Part shown: in pieces, positions 1 through 14,660 of the stretch
How positions within the stretch are numbered: the stretch's first letter is position 1
Layout: each line of letters starts with the position of its first letter
NCBI RefSeq assembly: GCF_021869535.1
Contig: NW_026262696.1
Coordinates: 806,001-870,000, forward strand
From: Mytilus californianus
Lineage: Eukaryota
Direction of reading: 5' to 3'
DNA length: 64,000 bases
Notes under the pieces: generated by a model
What the model saw: only the letters and a program-made list of their open reading frames with translations
Told to the model about the DNA's origin: nothing
Databases searched by the model: none
Position numbers and translations under genes: made by a program

Positions 1-950
1 TCTAATATAAATTAAAATTGTTATTCTCAATACCGATATTGTCGGCTTGAAATGGTATTCCCAGTATCGACGATTACAATCAAAACGGTTTTTCAACGAT
101 CATGTAAATTAAAAATTGTTTTCCAAATATATCTAATATTGTTTAAATTGTTAGTCCCAATATTGACCTTGTCAATTAAAAGTAGTTTTCAAAATATCTC
201 ATATATTGTTAAAATGGTTATTTTCCATATGAATTATGTCAATTAAAGGGGCATTAGCTGTCAAATTCATGTTCACCGATTTGACTCAAATTCTCATATT
301 GGATTTATAAAATACTAAAACTTATATTTAAGTATAAAAAGTATAATCAAAAAAACATTTACAATGCATGGGCTCGATAATATGTATCCCCATTTCGTGT
401 GTAATTTAGTCTAGACGCCATCTAATTAACCATCAAGGTGAACTCCGAAGTCTGCCGACGGTCATTTAACCCGATATAAACGTAAATATAGATGTAAAAA
501 GATAGCGAACTCGTGCAATTGGAATTCTAGGTCTGTTTGATTTCATATTATAGGTTAAAAATATATGTCGAATCAGTCAATTAAATGGTTTACCCTTGTT
601 TCACTTTCAATGTTGACATTGTTTTCTTTTTAATAACCAAACACGCCTAATTCATGCGTCACCCATATCTAGCTAAGGGCACATGAATACGGATTTAATT
701 ATGTCGAATTATTCACTTACAAAGGAATAATTCATCAGCGATGTTTCTTAGCTTACTTTGACAAAATTGAACCAAACTGGCTTCTAAAAGCGAATTATCA
801 TTTCACTATTTAACTTTAAATAATGGTTGAACAAAAAAAATCATATTTTAATTTTTTTCATAGCTAATGCCCCTTTAAACAAATGGTTTTCCCAGTATCG
901 ACAATTTCAGTTAAAATGGTTCTTCCCAAAATCGATTATCTCAGCTTAAC
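1..950. repeat. Degenerate ~33-35 bp minisatellite, interrupted by the 247-874 element
   Basis: Recurring taaaatggtt..ttcccartatcga..tcaat units at 1-242, resuming at 879-950. Confidence 0.55.
247..874. mobile_element. Non-autonomous DNA transposon, Kolobok-like
   Basis: Perfect TIR AGGGGCATTAGCT / AGCTAATGCCCCT, TTAA on both sides (243-246, 875-878), RR...YY termini. Confidence 0.75.
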
Positions 951-1443
951 TTTATAAATCGAATCCCAAAGTTCTGGTGTTGACGATGATTTATTTGTTC
1001 GCTAATAAAAATTGAGAACTCCCAGTTTCCAAATTGTTATAACATTTCAAATGGTAAAACTTATTAAAATACTCCAATTCCAAATAATCATTTGTTCAAT
1101 TCCATTATCATGACTTCTAACATTCGTCATTGCGATTTAAAAATACCTTGAGAGTACACATGTATTGTATGTTCTGCAAACATTCAGATTCAGACTATTC
1201 ATGAATTGCGTGAAATACTTCCCACTGACGTGTAGCAAACAACAATTAAATCAGATTTGTATATAAATGTGGTTTGTATTTTTACCAATGAGAAAAAAAC
1301 ATTTGCATAGGTCTGCAAAATTTGATATAAACTTCCGATTTGTAATATTGGACTGTGTTGAGCAGAGTAGTAAAGTTATATACTGATATCTCTTAAGTAA
1401 AAAGTCATACATTTCAAAAACGTTGATATTGTATAAAACATAC

Positions 1444-4400
1444 CCCCATTGTTATATTGTGTAGTCGAACAATTGCACCAGATCCTTGATAGTTCCATGA
1501 GCCGTAGGAAAACTGTAGTTTAGTCTCTATCTCGACATTACCACTAACTGGTTTTCCATAGCTATATCTGGGAAAAAAAATTAATTTGTTATACAATGTC
1601 ATTACAAAGAAAGTGAGGTTTGTAAAATGATTGCTAATGAGTAAGTTTCCAAGTTATATTTTCATTACTTTAATCTCTGATCTTAAGAAAATAAGTCCTT
1701 CCATTTAAATCTGTATCGCATTTTATATTGAACCTCTATGATTAGGTTCAAGAATTAAAATGGTTATAAAGGTAATATACATGAATATGAGCACATATGA
1801 AATTAGACATATAATACAGAAATTTCTGAACTCATATTTAACGATACATAATGCGAAAGTTTTTTTCACTATTATACAAACAATTGTTTTGCATGCAGTT
1901 ATATTATCAGTAATTGAAATACAACTTTTCATACTTTGCCTCGACAATTCCTTGAACTTGAGAAGCATTAGTTAAGATGTAGGAAGGAAGACGGACAGTC
2001 ACTTCAAATTTTGGTAAAACTACAAAAATATGAACACAATTAAGTTGTATTAGAAGGCTCAATTTTAACACAATACCACAAGTACACTGCATAAGGCATC
2101 ATCAACACAATAAGTGCCTATTTGCAGCAGGATACACCTACCCTTGCGGAGCACCTGATGTAACCCCATTTATTTTGCCTTAGAGGATGTCATGTGTTGT
2201 TATTCCACCTGTTTTCTTCACATTGTCTTGCCTTGTTTTCGAAACGATTGTCTTTTGGTAAAAACAGCACCTAAATATATTCAGCTTTTCGGGTTATGCT
2301 ACTTGTTGTAAACGCAATTTAACTGCGATTGTAATACTGTATATTGCCCAAACAGCTTTTGTATCATAAACATGTATATCTGTCGAATATATTTTACTAT
2401 TTTGTCTTTCAAACAGTTAATTTATCGAAACATGTTTAGGGATATGAACAGACAAAAAGCACAGGAACAAATATTTATCAATTCAAAATACAGTTTTAAT
2501 GAGTTAATCAGTGAATAGCTTATTACAAACATTTCTCATGCAATTGCACGATAAATGTTATGAATGTCTCACGATTTTACATAAATTTATTGTTGGCCGT
2601 CTAGTGCAGCTTCAAAAAACAATCGAAGCTATCTGGCGGATGGTTGTTTCATTGAAAATCATATCACATCTGTTTATTCTTATTAGACATATTCTATGAA
2701 ATGCCTTACCGTATCGGTCAACTGTAACTGTCCTGTCTGAAGATACTCCCTATAGATTAGTAAGAATACGAAAATGCTTTTAAAATTACAATTGGAAACC
2801 GTGAAATAATTTAAAATTGAAGTAGTATCAATGTATAAATATATTAATCTTATATCTTTTAAGTATGTAAATATATAACACATTAATATAAAAAAAAAAC
2901 ATACGTGTGATGTGGCATTAATTTTCCAGTCACCGAGTACGGGATTATCTGTCATCACCATAGAACCAGTATAAACTCCACTGTCATCGCTGACATTTCG
3001 CCACTGTTTTATCAAATTTCCCTTAGGATCCTGGGCAATTATTTTTAAATCAATGATTATTAATATCTAAAATACGTGAATCACTATAGACAAGAATTGT
3101 ATTGTCACTTTTAGATTCATTCACTTTATACAATTCGGTAAACAGTTAATGTGTATAATTTGTTACTTGGCCCTTTAATGGTATACTTTACGGTAACAGT
3201 ATTGCTCAGTATTGAAAGCCGCACAGTAACCGATGGTTGTCATATAACTTTTTGTATAGTATCGAACGATAAAATCTTTCAATGTGTTATGATGTTAACA
3301 ATTGTTTAATTCTAAGATTCATGAACTTATTTGATAAATGGCTGGTAACGCGTACAGTGGATTCATTTATTTTTTTTTTGCTACTTTTCGTTCATGCAAA
3401 ATAAATTGTGTTTTCGTGGATATTGATTTCGTGGCTTCGCCTAAGTCTGCATATATACCAATGGAAAATTTGCACTTCGTTGACTATTCAAATTCGTGGT
3501 TAATGTTTACCCACGAAATCCACGAAAATTGGTATCCAAAGATGAATCCACAGTATATGTTCCATTTGTCGTAGCAACAATATCAGCTACCATTTATCGG
3601 TAAAGATATCAACGACTTATCATGATACTTGTACTTGCACAATACGAAAGGTTCAACCAGTGCATCAAGAACTGCTTATCTTCCAGATCATCATAGATCA
3701 ATGGCCAAATTTTAAGGTCCTGTTTGTGTTGCTCTTCAGTTTTGTTGACAGTGGTTTGGCTTTGGTGTAAAATGTGTGATTTGGGTGTCACTTCTTTTCA
3801 AGACAAACTATTGTGCAAATATTCTCAAAGACATACCATGTTTTGAATATAAGATGATTGTCCCCCGTAAGCAAGTTAGAGAAACCTTAACTTTAATGGG
3901 ATGGAATAAGTAGTACAGACTTCCAACGATATTGCAGTCTAGTTTGGCAATTGATAAACTTTGATAACAAGTTAAACTACCAACTAATACACTAAACGAG
4001 TGCAACGGAAATATGAAGAAATATAAAATTCATATAATTTGCACAAGCAGATGTATATTTTGTTTTTTGTGGTATTCAGTTGCAGTCAAATAAATTCTTG
4101 GCCCACCTTTCTTTTTATGAGAAGGCTAAGTACAATTCAACAAATATGACAACATGACTGGTAGAGTGCAATCCTAAACAACTTACATGCATGTCTATAT
4201 CAAAAGGGCCGTAATACACCTTGAGGTCGGTGTATAAGGCAAATACTCGAAAGTTAACTGTAATGAAATAAAAGTACTACATGTAATCGTTGATCGCTTA
4301 TACCACTAGTAAATGTTTAAATAATATAAATTAAACAGTATACGTACATTTTCTAAAAATATTTTTTAATCAGAATGGGATTTATAAACAGGGACAAAAG

Positions 4401-7400
4401 CGGGGTTGCCGATAGAGTATAAATGTTATTTATGTTTTCCCAAAATGAAAGTATGTTGCGTTGTCTAAAAAGATCGCCTTTGCTGGAACACTTATGGATG
4501 AAAATTCGACAATTAACTGTCACGTTATCAGTAATTTGAATTACATGTGTGTAGTTTAGCAAATATTTATCTGTATACATTTGTAACATGTATTTGTACA
4601 ATAACTGGCCGATTACAGAATTAAAAGACTGAACATGACCAATTAATATATTGTTCAGTCGTTTTAGAGCTATTCAGATCAAATGGTCTACTAGCGTCCC
4701 AAGCTAAAACTTATCTATACTTGACTCTTACACTAGCCCTAGCCCTAGCCATTAAACCATAACCCTAAACTGATCCCTTATCCCTCAATCAAAACCAAAC
4801 CTTTAGGTACTAGGTCCCCTAAAGTAATTGAATTACCATTATATGTACGTACTTGTTTGTCCTGCTTTGTATATTCCTTTATCAGTTTGGATGAACAAGG
4901 ATACAGTTCTTATACGGTATGATATATGTGTCTCTTTGGTGAACGACAAGCCTCCAGTTCCTCTAACAATAAACTTAGCAGCTGTTTCCAAAGAATCCGG
5001 TACCTAGAATGATATCGTACAATATTTATGAATAAGTGTAACTTCTCGTTTAGAAATACCGTTCAAATTCATATTTCGATGACAAGAAATTTTAATTGCA
5101 CTTTTTACAATTGTCTTCAAGTGACATTTAATAGTTTTACATCATTATCGACAAGCTGTCAATTAATTGTTAATAATAGAACTCATTAACATTACAACAA
5201 TAACTGTTGCCATCAATACCCATAGTCTACCTACATGGACATTTGTTCGAGAAATGAACATTCAACAGCATTTTTAATGTGATGTATATATCGCTATCAG
5301 AGTAATTTTTCTTGTTTTCTTTCTTTTCAGACCTTTTTAGAATTCATAGGCAAATGAATCACTGAAATCAACTTTCCTTTTATATCATATGTACAGATTT
5401 GTAAAGCATACACTTGCCTTTAAAAATATCACGTGCTCATTAGAGCCTGATATACATACTTTCCAACAGATGCTTATTTGTTATAGATTTTATATAAACT
5501 GCTAATTTAAGGATTGATATGAACTATTTTTTATTGATTACGTATTTAGTGCTCTCAAAATTATAATCCATACTATAAGATTTTTCTATTTTAGAATGAA
5601 AATTGAATCTGTCCTACTGTTCTTTCGAATGGAAAATTGTTGGTGTCAATTCTCATATTTGTAAATATTCACGGTTTAATTTTTTGGTGCATATTGAGCG
5701 TATTGCGGTCGAGCGACACTGATGAGTCTTATGTAACCAAATAATCAGCCAGGTATGGTTGATGATTTTTGGCAATATTTTGAATCTTTGCACAAAAATG
5801 GCTTCAATTGCTGTCAAAAAGTTTCAATTCAAAATTGTATAATGATCATAAATATTGAAGTAATTTCATACAAAATTCCAACTAGTTAGTCAAATCTGAT
5901 AATATCCTCATCGATACATGTGGTTTTGACGTTTTGTGTCAGTCGTTTTCTTTTTCCGAAGTTTTCATAGCTGTCAAATTTGAATATCAGCTTCATGAAA
6001 TGCATATATGATAATTGATATCATTAAGGTGACAGTAAATCGTATCTTACATGTAAACGTAATTGGTTCGTAGACTCTGAAAAAAATGAATCCTGATGTC
6101 ATAACTGAAATGTTATACTTTTTGGGTTTTCCCGAAAGTTAAATGTATTTTTTTTAGCATTTTCTGATCTGAATATTCCATAATGAAGTCCAGAACAACC
6201 TTTAATATTAAAGATATAAAAGGGATTAAAAATATATTTGAAAAGAACAATACATTCCACAAACTACCTATATGTATACCCCTCCAAAATCCGATACCCT
6301 CTTTTACCCCTAAAACACAACATTAACCAAAAAGACGACAAACAAGACAACAGGAACGAACAATACACGGGCTATATAACCTGATTTGGTAAAGACAAAA
6401 AGGTGGTGGGGTTACACAATGTTTACGTTTGCACATTCGTCTTTACCTATCTATACAATATGTTGTTAAACTTAACACACTTACAAGCCTGTATGGGACA
6501 GCTACCAACACGATGCACACTGACTTAACCAAGCAAATAAAATACGAAACGAAATTTTGAAAACAGGTTCAAAATATGATACAAGAGAAAGCTAGCCAAA
6601 GCTGTTGTATCAATACTGCTGACCACGAAAACACACAAACAAAATAGAAATAACACTCCCAACAGGCTTAATACATGCTGTCTCATCCTTAAATTCAATT
6701 GAAATCGTGTTTGGGAAAGTCAAGTATTTAGAATCGTCAAACATTCATTATAAGAAACTTTATGACTAAATTAGTTAATATTAGTTAATATATAACACCT
6801 GTTGCAGCCCTTTCTGTTAAACATTAGAATGTTCCCGGATTTGAATATATCATTTTTTAATGTTTCAGTTTTGTTTGCGCCATTTCAATGAATAGTAGTA
6901 TGAGACAATATCATTTTTTAACGAGAAACATTATATTTACAGATACCATGCTGAAAACGAATATCAATATGTTTGAAAGAATTCAAAACAAGTGAGTTAA
7001 AATGCTTTTCTATAATTTTCAGGGAAGTTCATTTGTGTACAGAAATTCTGAGTAAAAATGTAGTCAATGACCTAAATTATTAATTACCTCTTTTAAATGT
7101 TCCTGATGTCTGACTAATAAATGAACTATTTGTAGTGGTGACCAATTTAGCTTTAACCGTAACATCACTGGATGCATTAAATATAGTCACGCTGACATCA
7201 AAGTTGTATCCAGGTTGTATTTGCTTTGGTGTTAGGATAAGGTATGAACTTAGAATACAAATAGAAGTAAATTAATCAAATATATAAGAGCTGGAGGTTT
7301 TTTGTCTCGTTTACGTCATAGTCCCTCAACTTCCAAGAGACGTATTTATAGTGTCAAAGTTCTTCATGTTGTATTGCCAATTTTATATCATTTTTTTTGG

Positions 7401-8654
7401 AATCACATTGAAAACTGTTAACTTGGAAATACAGCTCGGTTTATAAATGCTTAGCAGTAGATGATCACTTTGTTCAGAATCTTTACAATTCCAACCATTT
7501 TATATACCAACATATTCTGTTTACCAGTACTGGACTTCAATTGTTTTTTTTCAATAACAAGTATGGTCTATTATTTCTGACATTCATTCATGCAATTTAA
7601 TAGAAAAGAAAGGATATGGGCTATCCATTCATGACACAAAATCAGTATATGCACAGAATAAAAACAAAAAGCAAAGGTATAGCGTTTATACTGCTGTTCT
7701 TCATCTCAAAGTCATAGTGAGGACTTCAACACAGAGCAAAATACTTTCACCTCACTGCAAGTTTATGACCACTAATATCACCCATTTGAGCAGAATTTGT
7801 ATGTTTACCATAAAACAAATAGTTAATGTATCACTTTTTATTCCCAATCTTATTAATAATGCAGTTAATTTTTATGACTGTTGCGCTCTTGTTGATGCTT
7901 ATCATGTAGCAATGTAACCAAAGATGAGATTACAACTAAATGTACAAGATGTTAAAAATATTTACACGGCGGTCAATATCTATTTATAAGATATTACAAT
8001 AATGTGTGACATTTGATTTTAAGCAACCATCAGTCATGACATGTGTGCCATTTGACGTTAAGCATGCATCATTCATGAAATGTGTGACGCTTGTCGTTAA
8101 ACAGCCATCAATCATGAAATGGTTGGCGCTTGACGTAAAGTAACCATCAACTATGAATTGGGTGCCGTTTGACGTTTATCAGCTATCAATTTTGAGCTGT
8201 GTACGTACCGGTTGACGTTTAACATCAATTAATCAATCATTACATGACTAAAATAACTGTTCAATTGTTCAGCAATAGCATGGACCACAAGAATAATCAT
8301 TGTTAATGTTTTGGTATGGAATATGGCAGTTGTTATCAAATAGCTCGTTTCTATGTATGTTGGCGTTTGTTTTGCTGCACTTCAGTGTCCCTGTTGTTCC
8401 TTTGTTTTCCTCTTATAGTTGATGTGTTTCCCTCGGTTTTAGTTTGTAACCCGGATTTGTTTTCTTTCAATAGATTTATGACTTTTGAACACCGGTATAC
8501 TACTGTTGCCTTTATGTTAGAAGCTCATGAAAAACAAGATTATAAAACAATTATAAACACTCAAATAAACTCACTTTTTAGCATGTCCAACTGATAACAG
8601 CGTTGCAAGGATGACTATAAGAAGCATTCCAGATTTCTTCAAAACAGATCTCAT
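1444..8654 (-). CDS. Thioester-containing protein, CD109/iTEP-like (alpha-2-macroglobulin family), 5' part (signal peptide, MG1-MG3); continues beyond window start
   Basis: Hand-spliced GT-AG exons with compatible phases: 8575-8654, 7088-7248, 6051-6076, 4853-5003, 4187-4257, 2905-3030, 2710-2749, 1935-2019, 1444-1567 (864 nt, 288 aa). Reads MRSVLKKSGMLLIVILATLLSVGHAKN-SYLILTPKQIQPG...LFIQTDKGIYKAGQT...DPKGNLIKQW...PVLGDWKI...RYVLPKFEVTV...KYSYGKPVSG, which are hallmark A2M/TEP MG1-MG3 motifs. The thioester GCGEQ region is outside the window. Confidence 0.92.
3355..3553. mobile_element. Tc1/mariner-type MITE
   Basis: TA-CAGTGGATTCAT ... ATGAATCCACAG-TA, internal ttcgtgg/ccacgaa subrepeats. 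Confidence 0.65.
5711..5730 (+). mobile_element. R1 fragment, 3' half of the hammerhead deleted
   Basis: gagcgacaCTGATGAGTCttatgta, followed by no GACGAAA. Confidence 0.5.
8021..8240. repeat. 39-bp degenerate minisatellite in a TEP intron
   Basis: aagcaaccatcagtcatgacatgtgtgccatttgacgtt-like units at 8021, 8060, 8099 and 8138. Confidence 0.75.
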
Positions 8655-10020
8655 ATAGAATTACAGAAGTAGATTTCACACAAATTCGTATGGTTAATTC
8701 AAATTAACTCATTTATAACTAGCTGAAAAGAACCGTAAAATCAAAATAACCTCTGATATGATTGATAAATTGTGCATCTACATTTCATGAACAGTTGCGC
8801 AAGTAATTAGACAGATAAGTGTCTAAATGAATATAAAAACAACATAATTATAATTAAATACAGAAATGGATATGACTGTGTATTTCTTTTTCTGATTAAA
8901 TAAAAGTAAAATGACTGCTCCCTTTACGATCTCTGTAATACACTCCATTGTAACTGTATGAAGAACATACATATAACAATACCAGCATTAACTTCCTCTA
9001 TAGGCAGTGTTGATCGCCTGACAAATATGCATACTAACGAGTAATTGATTATTTAAATGTCATTTAGATTTGCATGCAGAACCCTTAGTAATGCAAAGTA
9101 AAGATAAATATAGCAGTAGTTAAACATTTGGTTCAAATACGTGTGGCAGTTTGTTATTGGTGTTTTTTGTGCCTTTTGGGGGTAATGGTGTCATATAATC
9201 GTTTATCAAGTTTTAGTAAAGGCAACCCGGTCGGATACTTAGATTTTACATGATGGTGTGTTTGAAAGCTGTGTTCCAATATTGAAGGTAAAAGCTAACG
9301 GAAGATTAAACAGCAATATTACATTCACTTTGCCGACACCACTGCTACTGTCTAATAGTGTAGCTTTGGTTTTTTTTTTTATTAACAATAAACAGATCTA
9401 CTGTATTGACATGCTCAAAAGATACAATTTATAATACAATAATGTGTGTGTACTTAACCCAAAACTGGTTACAACTACGTATATAATTACCCAAAGGTAA
9501 CCTTATATGTAAATATTGTTTTATTCAAATGTTCTCTCTTCTCAATTTCTCCTGTTAATTATGTTAAAGGTTATTATAGAAACACATGCCATTTAATGGT
9601 ATGTGATACGTTTCTTATTTTTATTAGTTTTACATTTGTCTTGTCGTGGCCTTTTATAGCTTGCTATGCGGTAGGGTTTTGCTAATTGTTGAAGGCCGTA
9701 CGGCCGCCTATAGTCGTTCATGTTTACGCCATTTTGATTCTGGTGGAACGTTGTCTCATTGTCGATCATAAAAAAAAGTATGCATACTAATATTATTCAT
9801 TTCATGAGCCAACAAGACCACCCACAGGAAAAAGAGTAATCATAAGTCGAAAAAAGGTAAACAACACCTCTTTTAAAAGAAAAATTGGACGCACAACTGC
9901 CAACATAACATTACACAGAAATATAATCACTGAGTATAACGAACATCACATATTTACAACTGGGGTGTTGTTACCTTCGGTGAGTCCATACGTATAACAA
10001 TAGAGGTATTGCCCCTATGT

Positions 10021-10110
10021 TGTCAAAAGTCATCAAAGATACCAGGCTTAGAATTAAACACGCTAGACGCGCATTGTGTCTGCGTAAGACTCATCAAGGA
10101 TGATCGAACG
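10021..10110 (-). mobile_element. R1 fragment, degenerate hammerhead
   Basis: Minus strand reads tTGATGAGTCttacgcaGACacaatgcgcgTCtagcgt. Confidence 0.55.
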
Positions 10111-11750
10111 TGTTGAATTAAATCAGTTAAATTATAAAAATATGCTAAGGGTCAATCAAAAGACAAAAGTAAAAAAAACACTATTGACACAAAGGACAGA
10201 TGAAGAAAAACAACCCTGACAAAATTGAGCACGGAGCATTATGAAACCAGGTTGTAACGTCCGTTGTATAGATGTATGATAGCAGGAAACATTTGTGGAC
10301 GTAAAGTTAGTCAAACAAATAAATCTACATTTGTAACATTTAACGTTCATCAATGTATCTACTTATGCCAATACCGACAAACTGAGAACTTGACTGATTC
10401 CAATTTCCTCGTACCTGTTTCCGTTACATGTAACACAGTTATCAAACCAGTGACAATAAATTTCACAAATAGGCTTACTGTGCAAAATGTATCTCTTTAT
10501 TGAACTTTCTCCATGGAAAGCTTTCTCCACTGTAATAACCTATGTGTATTTACATATAAATATATATATATATATTATCATATATTTAGCTTCTCAAATA
10601 TTTCATCTTAAGGGTGCATAATTCATTGTATTTCATGATTATTGAAATATGTATCATACATAGTTGAACCTGTACATACAGGTCCTCATTCCGTCATGAG
10701 AAATCTTACCTTAAAGTGAGGTGAAGTTCAAAATGAATAGATATTACTTCGGTTGGACAAGACACGGGTGACCTAACAAGAAGAATTTTCATTAACAGAT
10801 GTGACCCTTATAGCATAATTGACTATATTTATATTGGAAATAAGTAATATTAAATAGATTTCTAGAAATTACTTTGGCAGAGTAATATGCAATGGCAGTA
10901 AACCGATGTCTTAAATAAAATTTGAATACTTAGACAAATCAAGATAAAACTTAAGGAATAACATGAACTCAAACCGAAGGGAGATCGTTTATGTCGACAC
11001 AGCAAGCTTTTCCACCTACGCATGCATTATCAATCATAAAAATGTTAATTCCATCAAGTTTAACAAATGAGAATAAGATTTATTCGGTATATTTAATTAA
11101 TCAGTTCAGAGTATCTTAAAATCTAAGTCATCAAAAGCATGTCTATTGTGAATTGAGACACAGATATATCGTATTGGTCAACCAATTTGAGACAGTCACT
11201 TTAAAATTTACTTTTGTTTAACAATGTTTCTCTTTACATTTATTAAATGCGTAGCAGGGTCCGATCATTTTGAAATTCTGTTTGATTTTTGACGTATAAA
11301 ATGAATTATTCATTTAATTCTTATTTTTAACTAGATATGTACATGATGTATGACCTTACCTTTTGGTTAACTTTCAAATACTGATAATAAATTGTGCAAT
11401 ACTTGTCCGTAATACAATGTTCAAATAGATGAACCCGGAAAAATCCTTATCTTATGTGCATGATTGAATGGAACTCCGTACAGTTTAAGAAACTTGTTTT
11501 GAATATGGTTGGTTGTTGAAAGTGAACTTATATCTATTTACATTTCCTTGTCGGTACAGATATTTCTATATTATCTAGTAAATTCTCTCAGAATAATCGA
11601 AGATCCAGGGATATAGGAACAGCCATCATTTTGTTTCACTATACACATTTCATCTAAAGTATGTTCCTTGTTATTTAAATACGACTTTCAATACATACAA
11701 TGTAATTTGCAATGAAAGTGCAAATCTCTAAAACCTCGCGTATCAATTAT

Positions 11751-12085
11751 GTATTCAATAATTAACTATTTACAAAACTTTGAACTTTTCGAAGGATTTT
11801 CTATCCCAGGAAAAGATTACCTAAGCTGTATTTGGCAAAACTTATAGGAATTTTGGGTTCTCAATCAATGCTCTTCAACTTAGTACTTTATTTGACTTTT
11901 TTAACTTTCACTGATGAGTCTTTGGTAGACGAAATGCGTCTGGCGTACAAAATTCCAATGCTGGTATCTATGATGAATGTTTTACAACAACTGGGTCGAT
12001 ACCACCACTGGTGGAGTTTTTCTCCCCGAGAGTATCACCAGCTCAGCAGTTAGCACTGCTGTGTTGACATGAATTATCATTAGAC
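11751..12085 (+). mobile_element. Retrozyme-type repeat family R1, near unit length, with degenerate hammerhead at 11905-11946
   Basis: ca-CTGATGA-GTC tttggta GAC-GAAA-tgcgTC-tggcgt; colinear with 15501-15830. Confidence 0.7.
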
Positions 12086-13104
12086 CAGCGGTAGAAACAT
12101 ACAAAGATAAATCTAATGCAACCTTCGAACACGCGGCTAAATTATTTATCACTGAAAAGGGAAAATTGTAATCTTTCAGATTAATGATGCCGTATATCTG
12201 AGAAGTGTTTCAAATTTTGTATAATGGGGGTCAAAGGTCAATGATTATATAGTTCCAAATAATGTCAGGAATTTAAAATATATGGACAAATAAGAGGAAA
12301 TCATTTTATTCAGCATTGATGATGTTTGTAAGTGATACCAATTAATTTCAGGATAACGGGTTTCTAACGTTTAAATTTTCGTTTTTCAATAGCTAAGGAT
12401 ATTTACCTTGGCCTTTTATTATACAAATTTACATGTAAATGAAGTCTTCGAACGAATTGTTATTTTGCAAAACTTTAACATCAAGTAAAAGGGGGGGGGG
12501 GGTTACGTAAATTTATTTGAATTCAGTACCACTGGCCATTTTTGTAAGCTTTTGACATTTTCATTTCACACAAAAACTGTCTATGATATTTCGGTTATAA
12601 CATCAAAATATATTCGTATTAAGTTTATAAAATATATCAGTATTTATATAAGTATTATATCAACGTTTCTTGACGTTATTGGACGTTCAACATGTGTCAA
12701 CCGCCTTATCATAAGAAACGGAAATAGTCTTTGTGTCAAACTAACACAAATGTTTAAAAAACAGAAAAAGCAAGCACTGAATGTAAAACAATGTTTTTAA
12801 CGTTCAACTTATTAGAATGTCTAACTCGTAAATAGGTTAGATAACCAAGCATCATCATCAATATATTTCAGGTGTGTATTGATATTTCGACAAAGGTCTG
12901 ATGCTTGACATTGACAAAGTTCAGCACTGGAAAAATTATGATCACACTGAGTTTATTATACACGTGAACATCAAATCGTGAAGGAAATCAGATGATATTT
13001 GATCTTTAAACAAGACCGGTTCAAGTCCAAACTTTCCTTTTTTTGCAACCCAACTGTAGTGGCGAACCAATAACCGACTTGGCTATATGTGCATTTATCA
13101 AGAC

Positions 13105-13480
13105 TTTATAAAAATATGGAGATATGGTATGATTGCCAGTGAGAAAACTATCCACCAAAGTTCAAATGAAATGGATGTAAGCAGTTATAGGAAACCGTAC
13201 TGCTTTCAACAATGAGAAAAAAACCCGACTCCGGCTCGGACAAGAAAAATATGAAACTATTCAATCGAGAAAACTAAAGACTTTTGATTTATACCAAAAC
13301 AATTTACGAAAAACAAATATGACAGACATGAACCAACATCTACTGAAATACATGCTCCTGACTTCGTACAGGCACATAAATAATGTGGGGATGCTAAACG
13401 TGTTTGTGAGCACTCAACCCGCACCTAACCTGGGACAATGGTGTATACCATCACAACATACGAAAAAACTATAAAAATCA
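13105..13480 (-). mobile_element. Family B copy, intergenic, reverse orientation
   Basis: gatatggtatgattgccagtgag ... gctcctgacttcgtacaggcac is the reverse complement of family B. Confidence 0.65.
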
Positions 13481-14009
13481 GTTGAAAAGTTGTTTATAAT
13501 AAAAAAAGATATGTGAAATTGAAATAGATAGGCATATTGTGCCTGTTGCTCAGATTAGATGATGGCATTTAGTTTTGAAAGAAGACCGTAAGACGTGTTA
13601 TTTAAATGATGCTTTACAAGGGGGGGAGTCGGACCGAGCTGGAATCTTTACAAGTGGCCAATTTAGCACGCAACCTGTTCATGTGGTTATGGCAACGTTT
13701 GGACTTTCCCTCCGGATCATAAAGCCTTTCTATCAGTTCTCAATTAGACTGGAGCATATGTAACAAGTGTACGACACGGACGTGAATCTGAGACTTGGAC
13801 ATTAATCCCAATCAAGAAACATATCGTTTTTCTTACTTTGTTTTGGCTTTCGGAACAAGACACTATGTTACTATACGCATTATTTCGACGAGGAGGTTCA
13901 GGGCGCTCTTTTGGCTTTTTAATGGTAAACAGTGCATAAAAGACATAGTCTATTCATTGTCTGGTAGAGATTTTTTCCTGACCTCTTTTAACTTTTATCT
14001 GTTTCAACA

Positions 14010-14660
14010 GAGCTTGAATCAGTCATTTCAGTCTGCAATTGGAATACAGCTCTTCCTGGATAAGACAACCATCAGACGACAACTTAACGATACCGTTTGG
14101 AACGTACACGCCATTTTCATGACTCAAATTCATGACTTAATAGGTTTGTAAAATATCGCTTAACCTCATCATATGAACTGCAAAACCCATGAGCTTGTAA
14201 TGTATCAAGTAATTACATTCGTTTTCATTGAAACTATGCTTCCTGTAAGCGACATGCATTTTCGCAATCTATCTATTTTATATTTATATTTTAGGTTTGG
14301 TAGCATTGATTGAATTGACAACGAGATAGAACATTCATAAGGCGTCGGGTAACAAACATTTCTTAATCAAGGCTTTGTATATCAAGCCTTAAAATATTAG
14401 CAGCGGTGTGTAAAATGTGTTTTTCACTTATTGCATTTTTGGGATCACCAATTTCTAAATCTAAATCCAGATCTATGGTATTTTTCATCATTTTTTTCCG
14501 AAATGGTATTATTGATAGGCAACTCTTCTACAATCTTCAAATATATCTTATCTCTCCATACTTCAGTAGCCTCAATAAATCTTACTTTGCCATTGTCAGT
14601 GAAAATATTTCTTCTGGGTTTTGAGTTAGACAATAATGCATTCATGCCAATCTAAAGAAG
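14010..14660 (-). pseudogene. Decayed DNA-transposase remnant (tentatively Chapaev/CMC-like)
   Basis: Frameshifted peptides ILHTAANILRLDI, YPTPYEC, LLDTLQAHGFCSSYDEVKRY and GVYVPNGIV..GCLIQE resemble invertebrate transposase ORFs (recalled similarity, not searched). Multiple stops. Confidence 0.4.

Noticed and set aside
1147-1173. Possible 27-nt TEP exon (NIQYMCTLK)
   Set aside because: It has plausible AG and GT sites, but the peptide does not resemble the expected MG3 continuation. Left unannotated.
3609-4005. Short ORFs in a TEP intron
   Set aside because: No recognisable motif in any frame, and the flanking TEP exons join in frame without them.
4735-4805. Interstitial telomeric repeat
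   Set aside because: Only a few degenerate CCCTAG/CCCTAA hexamers; too short and irregular to call.
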